A stretch of DNA of 64,000 bases from assembly GCA_963825325.1 (NCBI GenBank), contig CAWGSU010000004.1, positions 1,152,334-1,216,333 on the forward strand. Reading direction: 5' to 3'. Each line of letters opens with the position of its first letter. Within the stretch, counting starts at the first letter, position 1. Position numbers and translations under genes: made by a program. The notes under the pieces are model-generated. The model worked only from the letters and a program-made list of their open reading frames with translations. It was not told where the DNA came from and made no database searches. This document shows positions 34,136 to 43,793 of the stretch, piece by piece. Source of the DNA: an uncultured Actinomycetes bacterium (lineage in GTDB: Bacteria; Actinomycetota; Thermoleophilia; Gaiellales; JAICJC01).

Positions 34136-35422
34136 CTAGCCCGCCAGGAAGTCGGAGTAGCCGTTCTGCCAGAGCACCCGGCCCGTGTCGGTCAGGGTCA
34201 TCTCCTGCAGCGACGTCGGCCCGAAGTCGTCGTTCGTGAGCACCGCCGTGTGCAGGTTCTCGGGAATCACGCCCTTCGACACGAGCGTGTCCGGGTCGAT
34301 CTCGTTCAGCGGCGGCTGGTAGCCGTTGAAGTTCACGAAGTTCGAGTAGGCGACGCCGTTGTCGATGATGTAGTTGAGCCACAGGTGCGAGAGCACGGGC
34401 TTCTTCGTCGTGGCACAGATCGACCAGCAGTCGTTCTGCACCGGCACATGGCCGTTCGGTGCCTTCCAGTAGCTCATGACGCTGGCCGGCGTGTTCTTGG
34501 GCAGGTAGTAGAAGTAGGCCGACATCGGGTCGCCGGACCAGGCCTGGTTCAGCCAGGCCGTCCCCTCGGGGATCGTCTGGTACTGGGAGTCCCCCACCTT
34601 GATATTGCAGATGCTGTAGAGCTGCTTGAGGTCGGCCACGGCACGGTTGATCAGCTTGGGATCCTCGGTGTTGATGTCGGTGATCCCGCGCCGCAGGAGC
34701 GCCATCGAGATCGTCTCACGGTCCTCCGAGAGGAGCGCCACCTTGCCGCTGTAGGCCTGCGACTCCCAGAAGATGTCCCACGGCTGCTTCATGCCGGCGA
34801 TGTCCTGCTTCACGTGGTCGTTGCGCCACAGGATTCCGGTGGCGTAGGTGGTGTACGGCACGGTGTAGCGCGACTCGACGTCGTAGAACGGGCTCACGAG
34901 CTGCGGCCAGATGTTCTTCTTGAGGTTCGGGATGTAGTCCAGGTTGAGCGGCTTGATCAGCTTGCCCGCGACCACCTGGTCGAGGTTGTCCGGCGTCATC
35001 TCCATCACATCGGGGGTCACGGAACCGGACGCGAGCCGCTGGATCCCCGAGGCGATGTTGTCGAACGGCGTATACACCGGAGTCACGTTGTACTTGGCGC
35101 AGAACTCCTTGAAGAGCTTCAGGTACAGGTAGTCCGGGTAGTTGAAGATCTCGAACGTGCCGCCCGTCTCGGGCTTCAGGTTCGAGGCGATCGGCTGCTC
35201 CCAGCGCGGCAGCGTCACGCGCTTGTCCGGCCGCGCGAGCGGCAGTCCGCCGGGGCCGGTGGGCGCTGCGCCGGCCACGCTGCTGCCGCCGCCCGGCGTC
35301 GTGCTGTTCGAGCAGGCCGCGAGCAGCGAGCCGGCGCCCGAGAGGCCGATCGCCGCGCCGCCCGCCCGTGTGAGCAGATCGCGCCGCGTGTGCCCCCGCG
35401 GTTCCTTCGGATGCATCGTCAT
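34136..35422 (-). CDS. Extracellular solute-binding lipoprotein (polyamine/PotD-PotF-type)
   Basis: The start MTMHPKEPRGHTRRDLLTRAGGAAIGLSGAGSLLAACS carries a Tat-like signal plus a lipobox. Family resemblance is judged by eye. Confidence 0.8.
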   Translation of the reverse strand: MTMHPKEPRGHTRRDLLTRAGGAAIGLSGAGSLLAACSNSTTPGGGSSVAGAAPTGPGGLPLARPDKRVTLPRWEQPIASNLKPETGGTFEIFNYPDYLYLKLFKEFCAKYNVTPVYTPFDNIASGIQRLASGSVTPDVMEMTPDNLDQVVAGKLIKPLNLDYIPNLKKNIWPQLVSPFYDVESRYTVPYTTYATGILWRNDHVKQDIAGMKQPWDIFWESQAYSGKVALLSEDRETISMALLRRGITDINTEDPKLINRAVADLKQLYSICNIKVGDSQYQTIPEGTAWLNQAWSGDPMSAYFYYLPKNTPASVMSYWKAPNGHVPVQNDCWSICATTKKPVLSHLWLNYIIDNGVAYSNFVNFNGYQPPLNEIDPDTLVSKGVIPENLHTAVLTNDDFGPTSLQEMTLTDTGRVLWQNGYSDFLAG

Positions 35423-35504
35423 CGTTCCCTCCAGTGATGGTGCGCGATCGGTAGGACGCCTGCCACACCCGGTCTGTTGGCGGCTGCCGGGGGAGTCTCC
35501 CAGG

Positions 35505-36659
35505 TCACGCAGGCGCCCCGGCCGTGAGCGCGCGCAGGCCCTCGTGCTCGTCGTCGATCCCAGCCGCCGGGATCGCGTCGCGGATGAGGTCGTGGAAGTG
35601 CAGGAGGCCGTTCTCGCGCGCTCCGATGACGCCGGCGCGGTAGAGGCTCGAGCCAAGCCCCTCCTGGACGCGCGCGGTGAGGTCGTTGTCCTCGTGCTGG
35701 ACGAGGCCGTTGATGCGCGTGTTCAGCCTGCGCACGGCCCGGTCGCGCCGGCCGGCGGTCTCGGGCGGGCGGAACGTGTTCCACACGGTCATCGTGTTGA
35801 GCGCATCCACGGGGTAGTTGACCCAGAAGTCGATCTGGTCAGGGTAGAGGTTGAAGGTCATCGCCGGGAAGGCGAACACGAAATTCCACTCACTGCGCTC
35901 GGGCTCGCGCAGGCCCGGCATCGGCCGCATGAGCCGCTGGTAGAGCCGTTCCTGCCAGTCGTGCGAGGCCTTGTCGCGCATCGGACCGCGCGCGATCGAG
36001 ACCCGCGCATCGCTGGCCTCGACCAGGTAGCGCTTGTAGTCGAGCAGCCGCAGCAGGCCGGGATGGCCGACCGGGATGTGGTAGCCCTCGAGGTAGTTGT
36101 CGATCGAGTTCTTCCAGTTGATCGGGAGCACGGCGCTCGAGGTCTGGTCGAGCACGAGCCGCTCGGGCCGGTATGGCGCGAGCCAAGACTCGAACGGCCC
36201 CAGGTAGTCGCTCAGGGGCTCGGGATCGGGGTCGAGGGTCGCGAACACGAACCCCGCCGCCACGCCGACCCGCAGCGGCCACAGGCCGTTTGCGTCCTTG
36301 TCGAACCCCGCGAAACCGGTCTTCTCGGGGATCGCGAGCAGCGTCCCGTCGAGGCCGTACGTCCAGCCGTGGTACGGGCAGCGCATCGCCTTGCCGCAGT
36401 TGCCCGCGCCGTCGAGGACGCGCGCAGCCCGGTGCCGGCACACGTTCGAGAACGCCCGCAGGTCGCCGTCCTTGCCGCGCACGACCGCGATCGGCTCGCC
36501 CGCGATCGTCATCGAGACGTAGTCGCCGGGCTCGCGCAGCGCGCTCACGTGGCCGACGAGCAGCCAGCCGCGGGTGAAGATCTCGCGCCGCTCTGCCTGG
36601 AAGAACTCCGGGCTGCGATACGCCCACGCCGGCAGGGTGCGAGGCGGCTCGGAGCTCAT
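35505..36659 (-). CDS. Rieske [2Fe-2S] non-haem-iron oxygenase, alpha-subunit type
   Basis: The Rieske motif is CRHRAARV-x-CPYHGWTY, followed by a catalytic domain. Its ATG overlaps the TetR stop (ATGA). Confidence 0.85.
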   Translation of the reverse strand: MSSEPPRTLPAWAYRSPEFFQAERREIFTRGWLLVGHVSALREPGDYVSMTIAGEPIAVVRGKDGDLRAFSNVCRHRAARVLDGAGNCGKAMRCPYHGWTYGLDGTLLAIPEKTGFAGFDKDANGLWPLRVGVAAGFVFATLDPDPEPLSDYLGPFESWLAPYRPERLVLDQTSSAVLPINWKNSIDNYLEGYHIPVGHPGLLRLLDYKRYLVEASDARVSIARGPMRDKASHDWQERLYQRLMRPMPGLREPERSEWNFVFAFPAMTFNLYPDQIDFWVNYPVDALNTMTVWNTFRPPETAGRRDRAVRRLNTRINGLVQHEDNDLTARVQEGLGSSLYRAGVIGARENGLLHFHDLIRDAIPAAGIDDEHEGLRALTAGAPA

Positions 36660-37267
36660 GCCGCCCTCCCCCGCGCGCGGCGCACGGGTCCGAGCTCGTG
36701 CGCTGTTGCAGCGGCGAGCGCCGCTCGCATCCCGGCCGGCGTGCGCATCCCTATGAGCGTTTCGCGGCCCCAGTCGTCCACGCAGGCGGCCAGGCGGCGG
36801 GCGGCTCCGTCGACGTCGACGTCCGCGCGGATCGACCCGTCCTTGGCGCCGTCTGCGATCAGCTCCGCCACCTGCTCGATCCAGCGCTGGTGCGAGTCGG
36901 CCACCATCGCCCGGGCGGCCTCGTTGTGCGCGGCGTACTGCCACATCTCGTTCCAGACCGCCCAGTTCGTGCGGATGGCGGGATCGTCGCCCGCCCACGT
37001 CAGGATCAGCCGCTCGGCCCGCTCGCGGCCCGTGGCGAGCTTGGCCATCTGCTCCTCGGCGAACGCGTCGGCCAGGTCGTCGGCATGGCCGAAGGCCTGC
37101 AAGATCACGTCGGCGCGCGAGGGGAAGTAGTAGTGCACGAGCGCGGTCGAGACCCCGGCCTCGCGGGCGACGTCCGAGACGCGCACGGCGGCGGCGCCGG
37201 TGCGTGCGATCGCCCGGCATGCTGCGTCGAGGATGAGGTGCTTGCGGTTGGGCGCCTGCTCGGTCAT
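36656..37267 (-). CDS. TetR-family transcriptional regulator
   Basis: The N-terminal HTH reads ILDAACRAIARTGAAAVRVSDVAREAGVSTALVHYYFPSR. Confidence 0.9.
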   Translation of the reverse strand: MTEQAPNRKHLILDAACRAIARTGAAAVRVSDVAREAGVSTALVHYYFPSRADVILQAFGHADDLADAFAEEQMAKLATGRERAERLILTWAGDDPAIRTNWAVWNEMWQYAAHNEAARAMVADSHQRWIEQVAELIADGAKDGSIRADVDVDGAARRLAACVDDWGRETLIGMRTPAGMRAALAAATAHELGPVRRARGRAA

Positions 37268-37285
37268 GATGGCTTGCAGCCTTGA

Positions 37286-37301
37286 CTGACTGATCAGTCA
37301 G
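37286..37301. promoter_or_regulatory. Perfect 16-bp palindrome CTGACTGATCAGTCAG; candidate TetR operator
   Basis: It lies 19 nt upstream of the TetR start, in the 51-bp divergent intergenic region. Confidence 0.6.
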
Positions 37302-37318
37302 GATACTCTGCCGACCCG

Positions 37319-37732
37319 ATGACCGTCAACGCGTCCCTCCGCAGCCCTGCGCACCACGACGAGGACTGGCGCGACCGCTGGCTCTTCCTCACACCGGAGG
37401 GCGAGTCACAGCTCCCGGCGGCGGTCGCGGCCCTGAGCGCCGCGCTCGACGAGACCTCAGGCGGCGAGGCGGCCGAGGCTGATCGCGTCGAGCGGATCGT
37501 GCTCACCGGTACCTATGCCGACTGGCTCAACTACCTGCGCGCGCGCCGCGCGCTGCTCGGGCGCTACGTCGACCGGTTCGGCCCCGACGCCCTGGCCGGT
37601 CACGTCGTGGACGTGCTCTGGAACCACTACCTGCTCGCCCTGACGGTGCCCGGCTCCGAGACGGCCGTCGACGCCGAGCGCGACCGGGTGCGGGCGCTCC
37701 TGCATCGCATCCACGGCCCGGACGCGCGCTGA
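37319..37732 (+). CDS. Hypothetical protein (137 aa), with a MarR-wing-like N-terminal remnant
   Basis: The N-terminal part reads WRDRWLFLTPEGESQLPAAVAALSAAL. The rest is unrecognised. Confidence 0.45.
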   Translation: MTVNASLRSPAHHDEDWRDRWLFLTPEGESQLPAAVAALSAALDETSGGEAAEADRVERIVLTGTYADWLNYLRARRALLGRYVDRFGPDALAGHVVDVLWNHYLLALTVPGSETAVDAERDRVRALLHRIHGPDAR

Positions 37733-37743
37733 CCGACGTCCTC

Positions 37744-39033
37744 GTGGTGGGCGCCGGCCTGGCCGGCCTCTCGGCGGCGCGCGACCTCACGCGCGCGGGC
37801 GCAGACGTGGTGGTGCTCGAGGGGCGCGACCGGCCCGGCGGCCGCGTCGAGCAGGTCGAGATCCCCGACGGCCGCACCGTGCAGATGGGCGGCGAGCTCG
37901 TCGGCGACTTCCACACGGCCTACCTGGAGCTGGCCGGCGAGCTCGGCCTCCACATGCGCCCGAGCTATGTCGCCGACCCGGGCGAGATCACGTTCGATCT
38001 CGTCGACGGCCTGTGGTGCGGCGACGACATCCCATGGATGACCGACGCCGACCGGGCAGACGGCGCCCGGGTGGCGGCGCTCTTCGCCGAGCTCTCACGC
38101 ACGGTCGCCGCCGACGACCCGTGGAGCCATCCCGACGCCGCGCGGCTCGACATGCTGTCGGTGAACGGCTGGCTGCGCGAGGTGGGCGCCACCCCGGCCG
38201 TGATCAGGGCGCGCGAGGTGGCGGCGCTCAGCGCCGCCGGCGGCTCCGGCGAGCGCGTCTCGATGCTCTCGGCGCTGCGCATGGACGCGGCTGCGGGATC
38301 GCTCGGCGACTACGACCTCGACGTGTGGGAGAGCCAGACCGTGGTCGAGGGCTCGGCGGCCGTCGCTCTGCGGATGGCCGCCGAGCTCGGCGACCGCCTG
38401 CGGCTCGGAACGCCCGTGCGCCGGATCGCCGTCGACGGCCGGGCCGAGGTCGTGCTCGCCGGCGGCACGCGGCTGACCGCGGATGCGGTCGTCTGCGCCG
38501 TTCCGGTCGGGCCGCTGCGCGACATCGCGCTCGAGGGGATCTCGGCAGCGCGGCTGGCGTCGCTGCGGCGGCAGCGCCACGCTCGCGCCGGCAAGGTCGT
38601 GGTCGCCTACGAGGGGTCGTTCTGGCAGGACCTGGGGCGAAACGGGCTGTGCGAGAGCGAGAACCTGTTCGGCTCGACATGGCCGCAGGGCGAGGGCGTG
38701 CTCTCGATCCTCGTCCCGCCCGAGCGGCTGCTGCACCACCTCTCGACCGCCGACGAGGTGCGGCGCGAGGAGGTGCTCGCGGCGCTCGTGCGCATCTACG
38801 ACGAGCGCGCGGCCGGCCCGGCCGCCTACCTGCAGCGCGACTGGGGCGTCGATCCGTTCACCCTCGGCTACGTGACGCAGTGGGCGCCCGGCGACGTGAT
38901 GGCGGTGGGCCCGCTGCACGGCACGCACGAGCCCCCGTTCTACGTGGCCGGCTCCGACCACTGGGTGGCCGGGTTCATGGAGGGCGCGGTGCGCACGGGC
39001 CGCGCGGCGGCAAGGGCGATCCTCGCTCGCTGA
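37744..39033 (+). CDS. Flavin-dependent amine oxidase (putrescine/monoamine oxidase family)
   Basis: The dinucleotide fold reads VVGAGLAGLSAARDL..VVVLEGRDRPGGRV. The true start may lie a few codons upstream. Confidence 0.85.
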   Translation: MVGAGLAGLSAARDLTRAGADVVVLEGRDRPGGRVEQVEIPDGRTVQMGGELVGDFHTAYLELAGELGLHMRPSYVADPGEITFDLVDGLWCGDDIPWMTDADRADGARVAALFAELSRTVAADDPWSHPDAARLDMLSVNGWLREVGATPAVIRAREVAALSAAGGSGERVSMLSALRMDAAAGSLGDYDLDVWESQTVVEGSAAVALRMAAELGDRLRLGTPVRRIAVDGRAEVVLAGGTRLTADAVVCAVPVGPLRDIALEGISAARLASLRRQRHARAGKVVVAYEGSFWQDLGRNGLCESENLFGSTWPQGEGVLSILVPPERLLHHLSTADEVRREEVLAALVRIYDERAAGPAAYLQRDWGVDPFTLGYVTQWAPGDVMAVGPLHGTHEPPFYVAGSDHWVAGFMEGAVRTGRAAARAILAR

Positions 39034-39060
39034 ATAAACGGGGTCAGACCCCGTCTATTC
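39032..39060 (+). terminator. Hairpin with AT-rich outer arms (GAATAAACGGGGTC a GACCCCGTCTATTC)
   Basis: The arms are 14 nt with one mismatch. The hairpin starts inside the stop codon of the amine oxidase gene. Confidence 0.5.
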
Positions 39061-39079
39061 ATGCGAGCATACGCCGCCG

Positions 39080-41137
39080 ATGGCCCGCGACCTGCGACCC
39101 TTCTTCGACCCGCACTCCGTCGCAGTCGTGGGCGCGTCCGACGACCCGGCGAAGTGGGGCAACTGGCTCGGGCGGGGGGCGCTCAAGGGCGAGCACCGCC
39201 GGCCGGTGTACCTGGTGAACCGCAACGGCGGCACCGTGCTCGACCGGCCGGCCTATCGCTCGCTCGCGGAGCTTCCGGCCGCGCCGGAGCTCGTGGTCGT
39301 GTCGGTGCCGCCGGCGGCGTTCGAGCAGACGGTTGACGACGCACTGGCCGTCGGAGCACGGGCGCTGATCGGCATCACCGCCGGCCTCGGCGAGCAGGGC
39401 GGCGAGGCCGAGGCGCGCGAACGCGATCTCGTGGCGCGTGTGCGCGCGGCCGGCGCGATGCTGCTCGGCCCCAACTGCCTGGGCGTGTTCGACGCGAACT
39501 CCGACCTCGGCATTGCCTCGAACGACTTCCCGGAGGGCTCGATCGGGCTCGCCTCCCAGAGCGGCAACCTGGCGCTCGAGCTCGGCATGCTGGCCCGCCC
39601 CGCGGGGATCGGCTTCTCCCGCTTCGCCTCGATCGGCAACCAGGCCGACGTCGACGTGGCCGAGCTCGTGGCCGCCTTCGCCGAGCACGCGCCGACCGAG
39701 GTGATCGGGGTCTACGCCGAGGACTTCCGCGACGGGCGCGCATTTGTCGACGCGGCCGCCGGGGCCCGCAAGCCGGTGGTGCTGCTCACCGTCGGTGCCA
39801 GCGAGGCGAGCGCCCGTGCGGCGCTGTCGCACACCGGCGCGCTCGTGTCGAGCGCCGCGGTGGTCGAGGCGGCGGCCCGCGCGGCCGGCGTGCACGTCGT
39901 GCACACGCCGAACGAGATGATCGACCGCATGCAGGCGCTCGTGCGCGCCCGGCCGCTTCGCGGCCCGCGCATCGCCGTCCTGGCCGACGGCGGCGGGCAC
40001 GGCGCGATCGCGTGCGACGTGGCGACCGCGGCGGGGCTCGAGCTGCCGCGGCTCTCGGACGAGCTCGCGGCCGTCCTCGCCGGCCAGCTGCCACGCACCG
40101 CCGCCACCCGCAACCCGGTCGACCTCGCGGGCGGCGGCGAGCAGGACTTCATGTCGTACGCCAGGGTCGCCCGCGCGCTGCTCGAGTCCGACGAGGTCGA
40201 CGGCGTGCTCCTGACCGGGTACTTCGGCGGCTACAGCCAGTACTCCGAGGAGTTCTCGGGCAGCGAGGTCGAGGTCGCCCGGGCGATCACCGCTGCCGTG
40301 GCCGACACGGGCCGGCCGATCGTCGCGCAGTCGATGTACCACGACACCCCTACCACGCACGCGCTGCGCGCCGGCGGCGTCCCCGTCTACCCGAGCATCG
40401 AGGCGGCGGCGGGTGCCCTGGCCGGCCTGCGCGCGCGTCCGGCGGCGGCGGGTGCCCCGCGCCTCCCACCTCGTGAGACGGCCGCGATCGAGCCCGGGTA
40501 CTTCGGCAGCCGCGCGCTGCTCGCCGCCGCCGGGATCCCGTTCGTGCGCGCGGTCCGCGTGCACACCGCCGCCGAGGCCGAGACGGCCGCGGCGGAGCTC
40601 GGCTATCCCGTCGTCGTGAAGGCCGTCGACGCGCTGCACAAGTCGGATGGGGGCGGCGTCCTGGTCGGCATCGCTGACGCGGCCGCGCTGCATGCCGCCC
40701 TCGAGGGGCTGATCAGCCGGCTCGCGCCTGCCGAGCTCTCGGTCGAGCGCATGGCGCCGATCCACGACGGCGTCGAGCTGATCGTCGGCGCGCGGCGCGA
40801 CCCGCGCTTCGGGCCGGTCGCCATGATCGGCCTGGGCGGGATCCACGCCGAGGTGTTCGCCGATGTCGCCGTCGACCTCGCCCCGATCGATGCGGCCGCC
40901 GCCGAGCGCCTGATCCGCTCGCTGCGAGGGGCGCCGCTCCTTCTGGGCAGCCGCGGCCGGCCGGCGCTCGACATCGCCGCCGCCGCGGGTGTCGCCGCGC
41001 GGCTGTCCCACCTTGCGGCAGCGCGGCCCGACGTGCTCGAGATCGAGGTCAACCCGCTGCTGGTCACGCCGACGGGCGCCGTGGCGCTCGACGCCCGCGT
41101 GATCCAGTCCGAGGAAGGAGCGTCCGATGCTCGTTAG
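39080..41137 (+). CDS. ADP-forming acetyl/acyl-CoA synthetase (CoA-binding + ligase-CoA + ATP-grasp)
   Basis: The sequence includes FFDPHSVAVVGASDDPAKWG.., QSGNLALE and GNQADV. The C-terminal ATP-grasp part reads GYPVVVKAV..HKSDGGGV. Confidence 0.85.
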   Translation: MARDLRPFFDPHSVAVVGASDDPAKWGNWLGRGALKGEHRRPVYLVNRNGGTVLDRPAYRSLAELPAAPELVVVSVPPAAFEQTVDDALAVGARALIGITAGLGEQGGEAEARERDLVARVRAAGAMLLGPNCLGVFDANSDLGIASNDFPEGSIGLASQSGNLALELGMLARPAGIGFSRFASIGNQADVDVAELVAAFAEHAPTEVIGVYAEDFRDGRAFVDAAAGARKPVVLLTVGASEASARAALSHTGALVSSAAVVEAAARAAGVHVVHTPNEMIDRMQALVRARPLRGPRIAVLADGGGHGAIACDVATAAGLELPRLSDELAAVLAGQLPRTAATRNPVDLAGGGEQDFMSYARVARALLESDEVDGVLLTGYFGGYSQYSEEFSGSEVEVARAITAAVADTGRPIVAQSMYHDTPTTHALRAGGVPVYPSIEAAAGALAGLRARPAAAGAPRLPPRETAAIEPGYFGSRALLAAAGIPFVRAVRVHTAAEAETAAAELGYPVVVKAVDALHKSDGGGVLVGIADAAALHAALEGLISRLAPAELSVERMAPIHDGVELIVGARRDPRFGPVAMIGLGGIHAEVFADVAVDLAPIDAAAAERLIRSLRGAPLLLGSRGRPALDIAAAAGVAARLSHLAAARPDVLEIEVNPLLVTPTGAVALDARVIQSEEGASDAR

Positions 41138-41933
41138 CGGCAGCTTCGACGGCCAGGTCGCCGTCGTCACCGGCGGGGGCAGCGGGATGGGCCGCGCGAT
41201 GGCGGTCGAGTTCGCGCGCCTGGGCGCGGCGGTCGTTGTGGCCGGCCGGCGGCCCGAGCCGCTCGCCGAGACGGTCGCCATGATCGAGGCCGGCGGCGGG
41301 CGGGCCGCCGCCCAGCCGACCGATGTGCGCGTCCCCGAGCAGGTGGACGCGCTGGTGGCCGCCGCGGTCGAGCGCTTCGGCCGCGTGGACGTGCTCGTGA
41401 ACGACGCCGCCGGAAACTTCGTCGTCAAGGCCGAGGACCTCTCGCCGAACGGCTGGCGGGCGGTGACCTCGATCGTGCTCGACGGTGGATTCCTGTGCGC
41501 CCGGGCCGCGGGCAGGCAGATGATCGCCCAGGGTGACGGCGGCGCCATCCTGAGCGTGATCGCAAGCTATGCCTGGACGGGCGGGCCGGGGACGGTGCAC
41601 TCGGCGGCCGCCAAGGCGGGCCTGCTCGCGATGACGCGCACGCTCGCGGTCGAGTGGGCGCCGCACGGCATCCGGGTGAACACCATCTGCCCCGGCCCGA
41701 CCGCGACCGAGGGTGCGGGCGCCGCGCTCTGGCCGACCCCCGCCGACGAGGCGCGGGTGGCGGCGAGCGTGCCCGCCGGCCGGCTGGCCACGGTGGAGGA
41801 GATCGCCTGGTGGACGACCGCCCTGTGCTCGCGCCACGCGGGCTACATCACCGGCGAGAACCTGACGATCGACGGCGGCCACTGGCTGGAGCACGAGGGC
41901 TACATGCCCGCGCTGCGGCCGCCGGCGCAGTGA
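41127..41933 (+). CDS. Short-chain dehydrogenase/reductase
   Basis: The cofactor motif is VAVVTGGGSGMGRA. Other motifs are NDAAGNF and the Y..K-type S..AAKAG. The C-terminus reads ITGENLTIDGG. Confidence 0.9.
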   Translation: MLVSGSFDGQVAVVTGGGSGMGRAMAVEFARLGAAVVVAGRRPEPLAETVAMIEAGGGRAAAQPTDVRVPEQVDALVAAAVERFGRVDVLVNDAAGNFVVKAEDLSPNGWRAVTSIVLDGGFLCARAAGRQMIAQGDGGAILSVIASYAWTGGPGTVHSAAAKAGLLAMTRTLAVEWAPHGIRVNTICPGPTATEGAGAALWPTPADEARVAASVPAGRLATVEEIAWWTTALCSRHAGYITGENLTIDGGHWLEHEGYMPALRPPAQ

Positions 41934-42712
41934 GCGTGCCCGACCCGGCCGGCCTGGAGCTCGTCGAGGCCGAGGCGATCGCCGACGCGTTCGGTGCAGA
42001 CGCCGTTCGGCTCGGCGGAGCGGTGTGCGCGCTGCGTTCCGACCTCGACGAGGCGTCGATCAACCGCGTGGTCGGGCTCGGGGTCACGGAGCCGGCCGGT
42101 GCCGCCGTCCTCGACCGGATCGCAGACGTGTTCGGCCCGGTGCGGCACTCGATCGCGCTTGCCCCGTCGGCGCAGCCGGCCGCGCTGCCGGACATGCTGC
42201 GCGAGCGCGGCTACGACGCCGGCTACGCCTGGGTGAAGTTCCACCGCCCCGCGGCGCTGCCGTTCACCGCCCCGACCGGCCTGCGGGTCGAGCGGATCGG
42301 CGCCGAGCGCGCCGGCGCCTACGTGAGCGTGCTCGCGGCCGGGTTCGGGATTCCGGCCGAAGTCGCGGGGATGATGGCGCACCTTCCCGGCAGGCCGGGG
42401 TGGGGCTGCTACCTGGCCTACGCCGGAGCTGACCCCGTCGCGGCCGGCGCGGTGTTCGTGCGCGGCGACCACGCCTGGCTCGGGCAGGCGACGACGCTCA
42501 CCGACCATCGCCGCCAGGGCGGCCAGTCGGCGCTTATGGCGGCGCGCATCGCGGAGGCGCAAGCGGCGGGGGCGACGATCATCGTGACCGAGACGGGTGA
42601 GACGGTCGACGGCCGCCCGGAGCACTCGTACCGCAACATCCTGCGGGCCGGCTTCGAGCCCGCGTACGTGCGCCCGAACTACGTCTCGGCCCCGGAAGAC
42701 GCGATAGCCTGA
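41930..42712 (+). CDS. GNAT-family N-acetyltransferase
   Basis: GTG 41930 overlaps the SDR stop. The acetyl-CoA motif is HRRQGGQSALMAARIAEA. The C-terminus reads SYRNILRAGFE. Confidence 0.7.
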   Translation: MSVPDPAGLELVEAEAIADAFGADAVRLGGAVCALRSDLDEASINRVVGLGVTEPAGAAVLDRIADVFGPVRHSIALAPSAQPAALPDMLRERGYDAGYAWVKFHRPAALPFTAPTGLRVERIGAERAGAYVSVLAAGFGIPAEVAGMMAHLPGRPGWGCYLAYAGADPVAAGAVFVRGDHAWLGQATTLTDHRRQGGQSALMAARIAEAQAAGATIIVTETGETVDGRPEHSYRNILRAGFEPAYVRPNYVSAPEDAIA

Positions 42713-42716
42713 CCGG

Positions 42717-43709
42717 GTGCGAAGCGCCGCGATCGTGATGCGGGGGTACGGCGGGCCCGACGTGCTGCGCCTGGAGGATGTGGACGTCCCGGCGATCCGC
42801 CCGGACGAGGTGCGCATCCGCGTGCTCGCCTCGGCGGTCAACCATGCCGACCTCGAGGTCCGCGCAGGCAAGTGGCCGATCCGCGGCGACGACCCGTTCC
42901 CGTACGTGCCGGGCCTCGAGACCGTCGGCGAGGTCGTCGAGGCGGGCAGCGATGTCGAGCCACGCTACGTCGGCGCGAATGTCGTCACCCTGATGCAGGG
43001 CCTCGGCGGCGTACGCGCAGAGCGCCCGGGCGGCTATGCCGAGCACGTGACCGTCGCCGCCGACGCGGTGGCGTTCGTCCCTGCCGATGTCGATCCGCTC
43101 GCCGTCGCCGGCGTCGGCCTGGCCGGCGTGACCGCATACGAGGGCCTGCGCCGCCTGGGGCCCGTGGCCGGGATGCGGGTGGCCGTGACCGGCGCCACGG
43201 GCGGGGTGGGCTCGGCCGCGATTGCGCTCGCATGTGCGCTCGATGCGGCCGAGGTGGTGGCGGTGGTCTCGCGGTCCGAACGGGTCGAGTACGCCCGCGC
43301 GCTCGGAGCCGATCGGGTGGTGGTGGCAGGCGCGTCCGATCCGGCTCAAGCGCTCGGGCCGCGTACGGTCGACCGCGTGCTCGACACGGTCGCGGGTGCG
43401 TTGTTCGGCACGTGTGTCGCCGCGCTTCGCCCCGGCGGCGGACTGTGCTCGGTCGGCACGGTCGCCGGCCCGGACGTCGCGATGAACGTCGACGCGCTGC
43501 AGCTGCCGGTGACGATCACGGGATACAGCTCGGAGACCCTCGACGGCGCGGCCCTGCGGGCGGCGATGACGACGATCTGCACCCTGCTCGCCGTCGACGA
43601 GCTGGCCGTCCCCGAGATCACCCAGGTGCCCCTCGCCGACGCCGCGAGCGCCCATCTGCTGCTCGAGGAGCACGCCCTCCAGGGGCGCGTACTCCTGATC
43701 CCGGCCTGA
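42717..43709 (+). CDS. Zn-dependent alcohol dehydrogenase / quinone oxidoreductase (MDR family)
   Basis: Motifs seen are VNHADLEVRAGKWP, PYVPGLETVGEV and VAVTGATGGVGSAA. Confidence 0.85.
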   Translation: MRSAAIVMRGYGGPDVLRLEDVDVPAIRPDEVRIRVLASAVNHADLEVRAGKWPIRGDDPFPYVPGLETVGEVVEAGSDVEPRYVGANVVTLMQGLGGVRAERPGGYAEHVTVAADAVAFVPADVDPLAVAGVGLAGVTAYEGLRRLGPVAGMRVAVTGATGGVGSAAIALACALDAAEVVAVVSRSERVEYARALGADRVVVAGASDPAQALGPRTVDRVLDTVAGALFGTCVAALRPGGGLCSVGTVAGPDVAMNVDALQLPVTITGYSSETLDGAALRAAMTTICTLLAVDELAVPEITQVPLADAASAHLLLEEHALQGRVLLIPA

Positions 43710-43736
43710 CTGTTAAGGGGACAGGCGTCTTAACAG
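43710..43736. terminator. Hairpin between convergent genes (CTGTTAAG-11 nt-CTTAACAG)
   Basis: It has a perfect 8-bp AT-rich stem and starts 1 nt after the stop at 43709. Confidence 0.45.
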
Positions 43737-43793
43737 TTGTGCCGGGGGTGTCGCGGTTTCGTGCGCTCTGGTGGAGCGGAGACCGTCACGCTT

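Noticed and set aside
39059-41548. Very long ORFs antisense to, or out of frame with, called genes. Examples are 829 aa at 39059..41548 (-), 1040 aa at 49160..52282 (+), 828 aa at 49920..52406 (-), 821 aa at 22883..25348 (-), 623 aa at 4889..6760 (-) and 662 aa at 35142..37130 (+).
   Set aside because: Their translations are Arg/Ala/Gly/Pro-rich low-complexity strings with no motifs. Each lies opposite or overlapping a gene with clear family signatures. This is the typical stop-codon-poor shadow of 70% GC DNA.
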